A stretch of 39,213 nucleotides of DNA from Methanomicrobiales archaeon. Lineage in GTDB: Archaea > Halobacteriota > Methanomicrobia > Methanomicrobiales > Methanospirillaceae. Location: positions 1 through 39,213 of the forward strand of contig JBAXJR010000022.1 in NCBI GenBank assembly GCA_037137755.1. The letters run 5' to 3'. Both the position numbers and the translations under genes were made by a program. Shown piece by piece: positions 26,670 through 35,838 of this stretch. The notes under the pieces were generated by a model. That model ran no database searches and was not told where the DNA came from. It saw only the letters and a list, made by a program, of their open reading frames with translations. The stretch's first letter is position 1. Each line of letters begins with the position of its first letter.

Positions 26670-28697
26670 TCATGGTTCAATTGCGTTGTTGCCGTTTTTT
26701 TTCCCGGCCGGGGAAACAGCTAAGCGATATTTTTCTTTCGGCACCCCTAATTCAAATCTTACCCCTTCCCCTTCGGTCCCGGTCTCCATTACGGTAATAC
26801 CAGTAATGGCGAGGATTTCCCGGACAAGGAATAACCCTAATCCCGTATTTTTACCAAAGCCCCGCTGGAAGATCAGCTCCTTGTCAGACACAGGTATACC
26901 CACCCCGTTATCTTCATAGAAGATAGTAAGTTGTCCCTGGGATTCCTTCGCAAAAATCCGGATCGCGGTGACTGAAACACCGTGGCGGGTCGAGTTCTCC
27001 ATGAGGTTGTAAAACACTTTGGAAATCAGTGGGTCCGCAATAACAATAATCCCGGATAGAGATACGGTCAGCGAAATACCATGTATTGGAAGATTAACTG
27101 CCTCCTCACTGACGATTCTCTCAATATTAAACCATTCTGGTGCCTGGACCCCGATATCCTGGTAAAATTTTGTAAACTGGATCTGGTTACGGATTGCCTG
27201 CGCCGCTTCCGACTGCTTTCCTATATACGAAAGCAACAGGGGATCTGTGGTCAGGTCTTTTTCTATCTCCATGTACCCGGTGAGTATGGTTAATTTATTC
27301 AGGATATCATGCCGGGTGACTGAAGAGAGAATATTTAATTTTTTATTGGCTTCTGTGAGAGCATCGGCGACGTGCTCCATTTCCTTTGAGTGAAATTCCA
27401 TCTCCCATTCCAGCTGTTTTTGATCAGTAATATCATGCAGGATGCAATGCGCCCGGATAAAACGACCGGTAACTGTTTCCCGCTGAACCCGTCCCGTGAG
27501 AAGGGCTACAAACTGATCACCGTTTTTGCGGACCAGATGAATTTCCTTGTTGAGAATGGTGCCTGTTTCCATGAATTCTGCAAATAGCGCGGAGAACAGG
27601 TGTCGGGTCTCGGGGGACAAGATTTCCTCAAATGATTTGCCAATAATTTCGTCGTGCCCGTAACCGAGCAGCAGGCACCAGGGCTCATTGGTGTCAATTA
27701 TTCTCCACATCTCATCGAGTGACTGGTATGATACAGAGAAATAATCAAAAATAGACCGGAACCGGGCCGGGTTTGTATCACTCACCCGTCCATCGTCGCC
27801 AATCGTTTTATCGGGAAAAACCTTGTGGATAATCTCGTCCTGTTCATCGATTATGCTCGAATATTGCTGAATTGTTTCTGCAAGTGTAATTTCCGTCTGA
27901 ATCCTGTCGCTGATATTACGGAGAGACTCAATTGCTCCAATCACCTCCCCGTGACTATCATACAGTGCTGATGCAACTACCCAGAAAAATGCCCCTTTCC
28001 CCCCATAAATATGGGAAATAAATATTTCTGCTACAATTTTATCAGCAACTCTCCTGATAGAGGTGTATTTTTTTGCTGTACCTTCATCCCAGTTCAGGAC
28101 CAGGTCAATCAGTACCGGTCTTTTTTCTTCATAAAACGGGACGGAATAGATATAATCTCCTTTTCCTATCACGTCTTCGGCTGAGAGGCCCGTCATTTCC
28201 TCCATTGCTTTATTCCAGGCAATAACACGACCTTTGAGGTCGACTGCAAACATCCCATCCGGGAGAAAGCTAATAATATCCGTCTGAAGTTGCCGGGAGT
28301 CCTTCAGTTCCCGTTCCATCCGGCAGCGCCCGACTGCCTGGTGGATTTTATGGATCAGTTCCGCATACTGCGATTTCGGGTCACCACCTTTCTGGAGGTA
28401 ATAATCTGCACCACTGTTCAGTGCCTCAATGACCACTTCCTCCCTTCCCCTGCCGGTAAAAATAATGAACGGGGTATAGACGGAATGCGACCGCACTTTT
28501 TTCAGAAAATCTATACCGTTCATCCCAGGCATTTCATAATCAGAAACAATAATGTCAAATTTCTCTTTCTCCAGAAGTGCCAGGGCAGAGGCTACACTTT
28601 CACAGGGTGTGACCCTGCACTCTGCGTCCCTTTCTATGAAAAGCCTCGAAATTGTCAGAAGGGTTGGCTCATCATCGACGTGCAGGACAGAAATCAT
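26670..28697 (-). CDS. Hybrid sensor histidine kinase (REC-PAS-PAS-HisKA-HATPase)
   Basis: VLHVDDE...IVSDYEMP...FTG...YLQK receiver; two PAS; H-box TRHDILN; N-box NLMENS; DNGVGI, F.RGFGKNTGLGL. Confidence 0.93.
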   Translation of the reverse strand: MISVLHVDDEPTLLTISRLFIERDAECRVTPCESVASALALLEKEKFDIIVSDYEMPGMNGIDFLKKVRSHSVYTPFIIFTGRGREEVVIEALNSGADYYLQKGGDPKSQYAELIHKIHQAVGRCRMERELKDSRQLQTDIISFLPDGMFAVDLKGRVIAWNKAMEEMTGLSAEDVIGKGDYIYSVPFYEEKRPVLIDLVLNWDEGTAKKYTSIRRVADKIVAEIFISHIYGGKGAFFWVVASALYDSHGEVIGAIESLRNISDRIQTEITLAETIQQYSSIIDEQDEIIHKVFPDKTIGDDGRVSDTNPARFRSIFDYFSVSYQSLDEMWRIIDTNEPWCLLLGYGHDEIIGKSFEEILSPETRHLFSALFAEFMETGTILNKEIHLVRKNGDQFVALLTGRVQRETVTGRFIRAHCILHDITDQKQLEWEMEFHSKEMEHVADALTEANKKLNILSSVTRHDILNKLTILTGYMEIEKDLTTDPLLLSYIGKQSEAAQAIRNQIQFTKFYQDIGVQAPEWFNIERIVSEEAVNLPIHGISLTVSLSGIIVIADPLISKVFYNLMENSTRHGVSVTAIRIFAKESQGQLTIFYEDNGVGIPVSDKELIFQRGFGKNTGLGLFLVREILAITGITVMETGTEGEGVRFELGVPKEKYRLAVSPAGKKNGNNAIEP

Positions 28698-28780
28698 TGC
28701 AATACACCGGTTATCGGTTGAACAATTACTAAATGAGGCTGTAAGGAATGGCTGACCGGGAAAACGGGTATCTGACGATA

Positions 28781-29149
28781 TTACCCGGTTCCCAGCACCG
28801 ATTCGACGGCACTGATGAGGGCTGCCTTGTTGAGAGGTTTCAGAATAAAACCGTCAGCACCATTATTTCGTGCAGTCTCGGCATCAATGCTAGAACTTTC
28901 TCCCGTCACCATCAGTTTTTTCATACCAGGGTCGATCTGGTGTATCTGCCTGACCAGTTCAGTCCCATGCAGATCAGGAAGATTAAGGTCAAGGAGGCAG
29001 AGATTATACTTATTTAATCCGACTTTTTTCAGGGCTTCTTCCGCTGTGGAAGCCGTGTCAACCTTGTAGCCCTTGCTCTCCAGTACCAACCGGAAAATAG
29101 TGAGGATATTTTCCTCATCGTCTACCAGGAGAATTTTTTTTCCTTCCAT
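28781..29149 (-). CDS. Single-domain response regulator (CheY-like receiver)
   Basis: ILLVDDE, LLDLNLPD..G, MVTG, GADGFILKP; ATG 29149 preferred. Confidence 0.92.
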   Translation of the reverse strand: MEGKKILLVDDEENILTIFRLVLESKGYKVDTASTAEEALKKVGLNKYNLCLLDLNLPDLHGTELVRQIHQIDPGMKKLMVTGESSSIDAETARNNGADGFILKPLNKAALISAVESVLGTG

Positions 29150-29526
29150 ATGACCGGCCCTCCCCACTGTCATTTATAACTGTATGATAAAACTGGATTT
29201 TACTACTACATAAAAGTATTAAAATCAACCTGCTTTGATCGTGAATCCGGTTTTTGATAGGGATTATCATTCTCCAGGGTAGCAAAATGTACCATAAGAC
29301 GGCGAATGATTATGTCAGCCAGAACCAGCTGGGGGATACACGCATAGTTACGGGTTGTTTATGACGAATATCAACAGAAAATTGCAGCAGCCAAATAATG
29401 GCAGTATGTAAAAAAATCGCAGGAGATCGGGACCAGTTGTGATCACCCTGATTGTTGAAACGTTATTGAAGGGTCCAATCCGGGAGAACACAATCATATT
29501 CCAGTGACGGTAATACACATAATGAA

Positions 29527-30192
29527 ATGCCAGCCCTGGACACATCCATTCTGGGTATATTCATCTTTGGTCTCGTAGCTGGCATATGTCCCTGTAACAG
29601 CGTCCTTTGCCTTGGGTTGATAGGGTATCTCAGCAGTGGAAAAACAAAACTTTCCCCTGCAACGATCTTCCTGCTGGTCCTGGCATTTTCAGCCGGCACG
29701 ATACTTGTATTATTACCCCTTGGAGTAATCGCCGGGTTAATCGGAAGTTACCTGCTGTTTTTAGACACCACCGTGGCATGGTCTTTTGGCGGGATCCTGA
29801 TGATCGCCATGGGGGTCCAGCTCCTTCACCTGTACAAACCACCAATCCGGAAAATATTCTCGTTGTTAAAGGCCCCAGTCTCCTACACCGTCACGGGAAC
29901 CTTTCTCCTTGGCCTTTCATTCGGGGCAATAACGATCGGACGCGGGGCCCCGATGCTCATAATCGTGCTGACCTATATTGCCCTGTACCAGACAGGAATG
30001 CAGGGATTTTTTACCATGGTACTATATGGAATTGGTCTCAGTATCCCCCTCATTGTTATCAGCACAATTGGCGGTGCTTTTGGACAGAAAATCAAATCTG
30101 CAAGCAGGTTGAGCGGTGAATTTTTCGACCGGATCATCGGGATTATAATAATAATTATCGGGATTTATTTCATCTACCTTGCATTCCGGTAA
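29527..30192 (+). CDS. CcdA/DsbD transmembrane-domain family protein (atypical)
   Basis: FIFGLVAGICPC, F..G, GG.LMI.MG, FLLGLSFG, LYGIGLSIP; 6 TM; second PC motif absent. Confidence 0.8.
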   Translation: MPALDTSILGIFIFGLVAGICPCNSVLCLGLIGYLSSGKTKLSPATIFLLVLAFSAGTILVLLPLGVIAGLIGSYLLFLDTTVAWSFGGILMIAMGVQLLHLYKPPIRKIFSLLKAPVSYTVTGTFLLGLSFGAITIGRGAPMLIIVLTYIALYQTGMQGFFTMVLYGIGLSIPLIVISTIGGAFGQKIKSASRLSGEFFDRIIGIIIIIIGIYFIYLAFR

Positions 30193-30347
30193 ATTTTGAA
30201 AATGTCAGGAGTTAGGGAAAATGTCGCAGTTATTACCTTACCGGTGGTTGTACCGGATTACAAAGATTGTAGGTAAAATGATTCCTCGCATTTTTCGTTA
30301 CCAGGCAGTTACGCACCATGGATCATCTTTGTCCGGTATCTATGTTC

Positions 30348-30962
30348 TTAATGGACTTTACGACAGGTATAACCACATGAAATGATAACTGCGCTGATAA
30401 CGAGGATTATCCCGTAAAATGGGGCAAAGGGAATATTTTTTGGCGCTGTCTGACTCGGTGCCGGGCCCGATGAAGGGTATTGATTGTAATCTACCGTGGT
30501 CGGTGTTACCTGGATACCAAGAGATTCCAGGTTCCTTTTCGCTTCGATATTGTTCGGATTGATAAGCAGTGTTCGTTTATATGCAGTAATAGCTAGATCG
30601 TTCCGGTTCACCGAAATATACACTTCGCCTTTTTTCAACCATGCCTGTTCATCTTTCGGGCTGAGATCTGTCGCGCGATCGAGCGCCTGTATCGCACCTT
30701 CCTTATCGTTTAATGCAGCACTTGCCAGTCCCTTCCCGTACCAGGGCCGGGAGGAATACGGGTCAAGGGCAATGGCCTTTTCAAACGAGCTCAATGCATC
30801 TTTGTACCGGGCCGCCTTATAAAGGTCAAACCCTTTTATCGTAAGGACCGTTGCATCCTCACCCGGGTTGTCACTTGATGCTGATACAAACAAGGGGATT
30901 CCAATGAGTGAAATTACCAGGACGAAAACAATATACAGTTTTGGGTTAAGGAACCGGCGCAT
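30348..30962 (-). CDS. Secreted TPR protein with C-terminal membrane anchor
   Basis: Signal peptide ending VSA; three TPRs (FEKAIALDP, WYGKG, AWLKKG); Pro/Thr/Ser linker, hydrophobic helix, basic tail. Confidence 0.85.
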   Translation of the reverse strand: MRRFLNPKLYIVFVLVISLIGIPLFVSASSDNPGEDATVLTIKGFDLYKAARYKDALSSFEKAIALDPYSSRPWYGKGLASAALNDKEGAIQALDRATDLSPKDEQAWLKKGEVYISVNRNDLAITAYKRTLLINPNNIEAKRNLESLGIQVTPTTVDYNQYPSSGPAPSQTAPKNIPFAPFYGIILVISAVIISCGYTCRKVH

Positions 30963-31100
30963 ACTTAGTATTTTTCCAGCAGTTTAATAATGGTTTATCC
31001 CGGAGGACACCCTGATGGATGGTTGCCGGGACCTTGCACCTGATGTTCAACGAACCACTACGTTTTTTATCCTTGCATCTCCTTTCCATAAAATGAAAAT

Positions 31101-31700
31101 ATGGCCGGAAATGAACAATCCAGGGTGATCCTTGACCAGATATCCATTCAGGTAATGAATTGCCGCCGCTGCCCGTTATGGGAGGAGGCGACACACGGCG
31201 TCCCGGGAGAGGGTAGTATGTGTGCAAAGGTGATGTTTATCGGTGAGGCACCAGGCCAGCAGGAAGATACCCTTGGAAAGCCATTTGTCGGTAGGGCGGG
31301 AAAGGTGCTTGACTCCCTTCTTACCGGGACAGGGCTCTCACGTGACGACGTCTTTATCGGGAATATTGTAAAACACCGTCCACCCGGCAACCGTGACCCG
31401 AAACCCGATGAAGTCCTCGCCTGCACCCCGTGGCTTGAGCAGCAGGTCAATACTATCCGGCCTCCATTACTCGTCCCGCTCGGCCGGCATGCGACCCGCT
31501 ACGTACTTGGGAGAATGGGGGTTGAGTTTGTGAAGATCACAGATATTTCCGGGACGGTGTTTGAAGGCGAACCATTCGGGTTCCCCCAGAAAATAATCCC
31601 TGCCCTCCACCCCGCGGCAACGCTTCATAATCCATTGAGCAGGGATCACCTGAAGGAAGATTTCAGGCGACTGGGGGAGATCCTTAAGGAAATGGAATAG
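31101..31700 (+). CDS. Uracil-DNA glycosylase family 4
   Basis: CRRCPL, VPGEG, FIGEAPG, PFVGRAG, NIVKHRPPGNRDP, LG..A, HPAA. Confidence 0.95.
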   Translation: MAGNEQSRVILDQISIQVMNCRRCPLWEEATHGVPGEGSMCAKVMFIGEAPGQQEDTLGKPFVGRAGKVLDSLLTGTGLSRDDVFIGNIVKHRPPGNRDPKPDEVLACTPWLEQQVNTIRPPLLVPLGRHATRYVLGRMGVEFVKITDISGTVFEGEPFGFPQKIIPALHPAATLHNPLSRDHLKEDFRRLGEILKEME

Positions 31701-31741
31701 GGAATTATATCGTAATCAGAAGGGAATAGTAGTTGGAAAAA

Positions 31742-33364
31742 TTATAATAACCTTAGTTTCTGGCCAAACACCGGGAGGAAATCTTTTTTCCTCGACATTA
31801 CGCCGTCAAGCCTGACAGGTTGTATGGTATATTCAAGCCCGAGGAGCGTATTCTTATCCCCTGCTGCGAAGAGGTAACTGGTATTTCCCATTACGTTGGT
31901 AAAAAGGGCAAGGTACAGGTGAACACCATGTTCTTTCCTCAAAATTTCCAGTTCATTCCTGACCTCTTCAGCACGGTTCACCGGATAATCATCTGATGCC
32001 ATCATCACCTGTGCGATGATCACGTCCCGGCCAAAAAGCGTGTAATGTTTTGTATCTGCCGTGAGAAGGTCTCGGGGTGTTGCATGGACAAGGTTCATCC
32101 CCTGCTTTATCAGGGCGGTCCCGAATTCTGCAGGGTCGAGCCCTGTGAGACCAGCAAGGAAGGAAACGGCTTTTTTGTCTTTATCTGTAGTCGTCGACAT
32201 CCGGAGCCCGAGCGTATCAGAGAGAATTCCTGCAAGGAGCATGCCGGCTGCCGGGACGGAGGGAATCAGGCCCATATCCATAAATTTATGGGTGATAATT
32301 GTCGACGTTGAACCAACGGGCTCATTCAGAAACGAGACCGGTTTTAATGTTGTTATCGCCCCAAGCCGGTGGTGGTCGATAATCTCGAGTATCTCAGCAG
32401 ACTCGATGCCATCGACAGACTGGGTGAATTCGTTATGGTCAAGCAGGATTACGGACTTATGTATCTCCTCGAGGAAGGTGTTTCTTGATATCATCCCCAG
32501 GAGGAGACCCTCCTTGTCCACAACACATGCAGTCCGGTACCTGGAATTGGAAACCATCTGTTTGGCATAGGAGAGCGGGTCTTCAGGCCTGACAATCGGT
32601 ACATCCGTTGCCATCACCTGGCCCGCGGCCCGTGATAGGTGGATCATCCTTCCCACGCTGAATGCGTCAAGGGGTGTCGCAAGGATGGAGACGTTCCTGG
32701 CCTGTGCCACGGAGATAACCCGGTCACCCACGGGAGCACCTTCCGCAACAATCAGGGCTGCAATCCCGGCAGAGATAAGGGCCAGCTGGGAGGGTTCATT
32801 ATCGCCCGTAATCGCTACATCACGGCCCGTCAGAGATGACAGGGCGTTGTGGAGCGCATCGATGGCAATGATCACCCTGCCATTCAATTCCCCGCAGCAG
32901 GATACAAGGACATCGGCCTCAAGGATACGGGCAAGGGTAGCCGTGGATATCGGTCCGATGACCAGCTGTTCGCGTCGTTCCGGGGTGACATATGCCTTGG
33001 CAAGCCCGTACTCGCTGACAAGACCGATCACCCTCCCTTCCCGGTTGATTACCGGTATGTTCCTGATGTCGTGTTCATCCATCATCAACGCCACATCGAT
33101 GGCCGGCATCTCCTCGGGAGCATGGTGTGGGTAAAGGAACGGGATATCTGCAACCGATGGCTCAACCGATTCAATCAGTTCAGGTGGCTGAAGATGAAAT
33201 TCTGACAGGACAAAACGGGTCTCCGGGTTCAGCTCCCCGCACCGTACAGGGATATACCGGCCAGGATCATGCCTGTTGAGTAACTCTGCATAACCAATTA
33301 CACTTGCAATACTATCGGTGTCAGGATGGCAGTGCCCGACCACATATACCTTCTGGCGGCTCAT
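31742..33364 (-). CDS. ppaC: Mn-dependent (family II, DHH) inorganic pyrophosphatase with CBS-DRTGG-CBS insert
   Basis: GH.HPDTDS, LLDHNE..QS, IIDHHR, PVGSTSTI, ILSDT, DTK.Y, GVMSRKK; CBS and DRTGG-like (ITGD) insert. Confidence 0.93.
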   Translation of the reverse strand: MSRQKVYVVGHCHPDTDSIASVIGYAELLNRHDPGRYIPVRCGELNPETRFVLSEFHLQPPELIESVEPSVADIPFLYPHHAPEEMPAIDVALMMDEHDIRNIPVINREGRVIGLVSEYGLAKAYVTPERREQLVIGPISTATLARILEADVLVSCCGELNGRVIIAIDALHNALSSLTGRDVAITGDNEPSQLALISAGIAALIVAEGAPVGDRVISVAQARNVSILATPLDAFSVGRMIHLSRAAGQVMATDVPIVRPEDPLSYAKQMVSNSRYRTACVVDKEGLLLGMISRNTFLEEIHKSVILLDHNEFTQSVDGIESAEILEIIDHHRLGAITTLKPVSFLNEPVGSTSTIITHKFMDMGLIPSVPAAGMLLAGILSDTLGLRMSTTTDKDKKAVSFLAGLTGLDPAEFGTALIKQGMNLVHATPRDLLTADTKHYTLFGRDVIIAQVMMASDDYPVNRAEEVRNELEILRKEHGVHLYLALFTNVMGNTSYLFAAGDKNTLLGLEYTIQPVRLDGVMSRKKDFLPVFGQKLRLL

Positions 33365-33584
33365 GTCAACGAAAACCTCTGGTGCCGGTCACTGACCGGG
33401 CCGGGGTTCCCCGGCAACTGTCTTAGCATATCAGCTCACAACCCTATAATGATCTCGAAGGAAATAATAATAATAAAATCGTCCTGAAACATGGATAAAC
33501 ACCATAATGGCCGTGTTACCATCTTTGATACGAAAATAAAGACTTTGAAAGGGTCATTAAGAGGGGATGCTCCCGCCCTTCCTT

Positions 33585-35432
33585 TTACAGGTTAAACAGG
33601 TCATCCACTGATGAAGGATCCTTCGGTGTCGGGATAACGGGGGTCGGTATGGTTGTCGGAACGGTTGTTGGAATGATCGTGGTTGGTATTGTGGTAGGAA
33701 TTACGGTTGGTGGTAATTCGGGAATCTGGTGGAATAATTCAATGACATCCCCAAAATTCGCTACGCCATCGTTATTGTAATCAAACGCAGCAACAGGTTC
33801 ATTTTCACTAATCCAGACAAGGTTATCAAAGTAAACAATAACATCCTGGAACCCTGCGATCCCATCCCCGTTGACATCCTCAAATGCCCCGTCTCCGTCA
33901 GGATCTGTCGGGACCGCGGTATACTTTGGAAGTGGAAGTAACTGTTTTACCGGGGTGGGCACCACCCAGATCTCGCATCCTTCCTCCGGGTTTGCAGTAC
34001 CGACAAAAAATCCTTCTGGTGAGTCCAGCATAGTTCTGAACCCGTAATTATTAGGATTTCCAAACCCATTCAGGTCGACGGGTATCCAACTTGTACCGTC
34101 ACTGCTCTTCCACATATCTGCACCCCCAAGGTACCCGGCAGTAGTTGCAAGGTCCTCGTTAGATATGTACGGGCTGATATCAGTGGGCAGATCGCCAATA
34201 TATTGCCCAAGGCTGCCGATATCAAACGTACCAAGGTACATGGTTCCGTGGTAATCCTCCATGGACCACGCGTACAGATTCAATGGGTTTCCAAATCCGG
34301 ACGGCAGCTTACTTACAGGCGGTTCACGGGGAACCGTCGGGAGGGTTGGCTTGTAATTTCCTGCAACCAGTTCCCAATGGTCTCCCGTATTGATACGTAC
34401 TAGGTCGAACCCTTTTGTCCCGTTCGTTCCTGTTGCGAATGGCAGGTTCATTGATCCTACATACAGGTCCCCATCATGCGTTTCCATCGTCGCAGCGAGA
34501 ACATTCCATGCATCTCCTGCCCCGCCCGGTACTACCCTGACCCAGTCGCCCGGACCTGCCGGTGAAGTGGTAGTGCTCCTCCATACTTCGAAACCATTCG
34601 TTTCTGAGGGGCCACTTGGATTCCCGGTCCCTGCATACAGGTAGCCATTAAAACTCTTGAGGGAGGCGACCTGGAAGTTGGCCACCTTCTGCCAGGTATC
34701 TGTATCCTTTGAAGGAGAGCCGGACGCATAGATCCCATCAGCCGTCCCCATGTAGAGCCTGCCTGCATGGGAGGTCATCGCCCGGGTATCCTTTGACGGG
34801 ATACTACCGGTGTTCACCGGCACCCACGTAATCCCATCTGTCGATTTGATGATGATGACCGGCCCAAACCCGAACCCTACTCCGGCATAGAGGGCTTCTG
34901 TTCCCCCGGTATCATTGAACGTGGTCATGATACGATAACCGACTCCTTCCGGATAGGTATACCCATTCAACGGGTTGACGAACGTGGATGCCTGGTGGAC
35001 CCTTCCCCAATTGCCGTCATGGTACCGCCAGATCTCCGCCCGCATATCGTTTGACCAGGTCATCACCTCTGCTGGTGAAGGTGGTGACTGGTTTTTGAAA
35101 ACAAATGGTGGGGGGGGCACACCACCGGGATGAGTCAGGAATGGGAGTGTCATGTTTTCCGGGAATGCACCCCGGTACTTCATCCCAAGCGCAACAAAAT
35201 AGGGGATATTACGGCCTGTACCAACGTAAATATCCCCGTTGAACTCATTAATCGACCAGGCATAATTATTCTGCGGGTCCCCGAACCCGTTCTCATTAAT
35301 TTTTTCGAATGATGCAACGGACATAATTCCCTGCGTGAGGTCCCCGGTATATTGCGGCACCGCAGATACCAGACAGACCTGTGAAACAGCAATAACCAGG
35401 AGTGCTGCCATTAAAATTTTATATTGCGACAT
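33585..35432 (-). CDS. Secreted beta-propeller-like protein with archaeal dockerin-like EF-hand pair and Pro/Thr tail
   Basis: Signal peptide ending VSA; repeated GFG(D/N)P.N.YAWS...YVGT blades; Asp-box-like KSTDGITW and KSSDGTSW; DPDGDGAFEDVNGDG...FQDV / FDYNNDG...FGDV; ATG 35432 has a GGTGA SD. Confidence 0.85.
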   Translation of the reverse strand: MSQYKILMAALLVIAVSQVCLVSAVPQYTGDLTQGIMSVASFEKINENGFGDPQNNYAWSINEFNGDIYVGTGRNIPYFVALGMKYRGAFPENMTLPFLTHPGGVPPPPFVFKNQSPPSPAEVMTWSNDMRAEIWRYHDGNWGRVHQASTFVNPLNGYTYPEGVGYRIMTTFNDTGGTEALYAGVGFGFGPVIIIKSTDGITWVPVNTGSIPSKDTRAMTSHAGRLYMGTADGIYASGSPSKDTDTWQKVANFQVASLKSFNGYLYAGTGNPSGPSETNGFEVWRSTTTSPAGPGDWVRVVPGGAGDAWNVLAATMETHDGDLYVGSMNLPFATGTNGTKGFDLVRINTGDHWELVAGNYKPTLPTVPREPPVSKLPSGFGNPLNLYAWSMEDYHGTMYLGTFDIGSLGQYIGDLPTDISPYISNEDLATTAGYLGGADMWKSSDGTSWIPVDLNGFGNPNNYGFRTMLDSPEGFFVGTANPEEGCEIWVVPTPVKQLLPLPKYTAVPTDPDGDGAFEDVNGDGIAGFQDVIVYFDNLVWISENEPVAAFDYNNDGVANFGDVIELFHQIPELPPTVIPTTIPTTIIPTTVPTTIPTPVIPTPKDPSSVDDLFNL

Positions 35433-35838
35433 TTTTTCACCCATCCAAGGTATACTCTGATAATTGTTGACAGGTAATAAATTGTTTGAAACTTTTTTAT
35501 AAAAATGAATAATTCTGTTAAATTTTTGTTATTATAAGAAAAAATGCCTGATCCTGGATTATTTCATTAATGAATCATTCCGTGGGACCGGGGAAACGAT
35601 ATATTCCGTCGCTATGAATTCCCAGAGATCATTAATAGGGTCTGCCGGATCCCCAAAAGCTATTGAAATTAATTCTACCCGGATTCTAATCCCGCGTGTG
35701 AGTGAGCAGGAGACAGGAAGGAGTACCGGTGCGATTAATCAGGTCTTATTAATGACACCTGGGAAAAAACCTGCTGGCGCAAACGATCCCTTTATTGACT
35801 GTATCTCAAGAAATGTAATGATTACAATGCAAATAAAA

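Noticed and set aside
29174-29526. Long intergenic region with short ORF fragments upstream of the ccdA-like gene
   Set aside because: No CxxC or other recognisable remnant; consistent with a divergent promoter region.
33620-33715. Short imperfect tandem repeats (also at 10935-11030)
   Set aside because: They encode Pro/Thr linkers of surface proteins; not CRISPR or a mobile repeat.
35614-35817. Upstream extension of the META ORF
   Set aside because: Would place the signal peptide ~75 residues internally; more likely non-coding leader or promoter.
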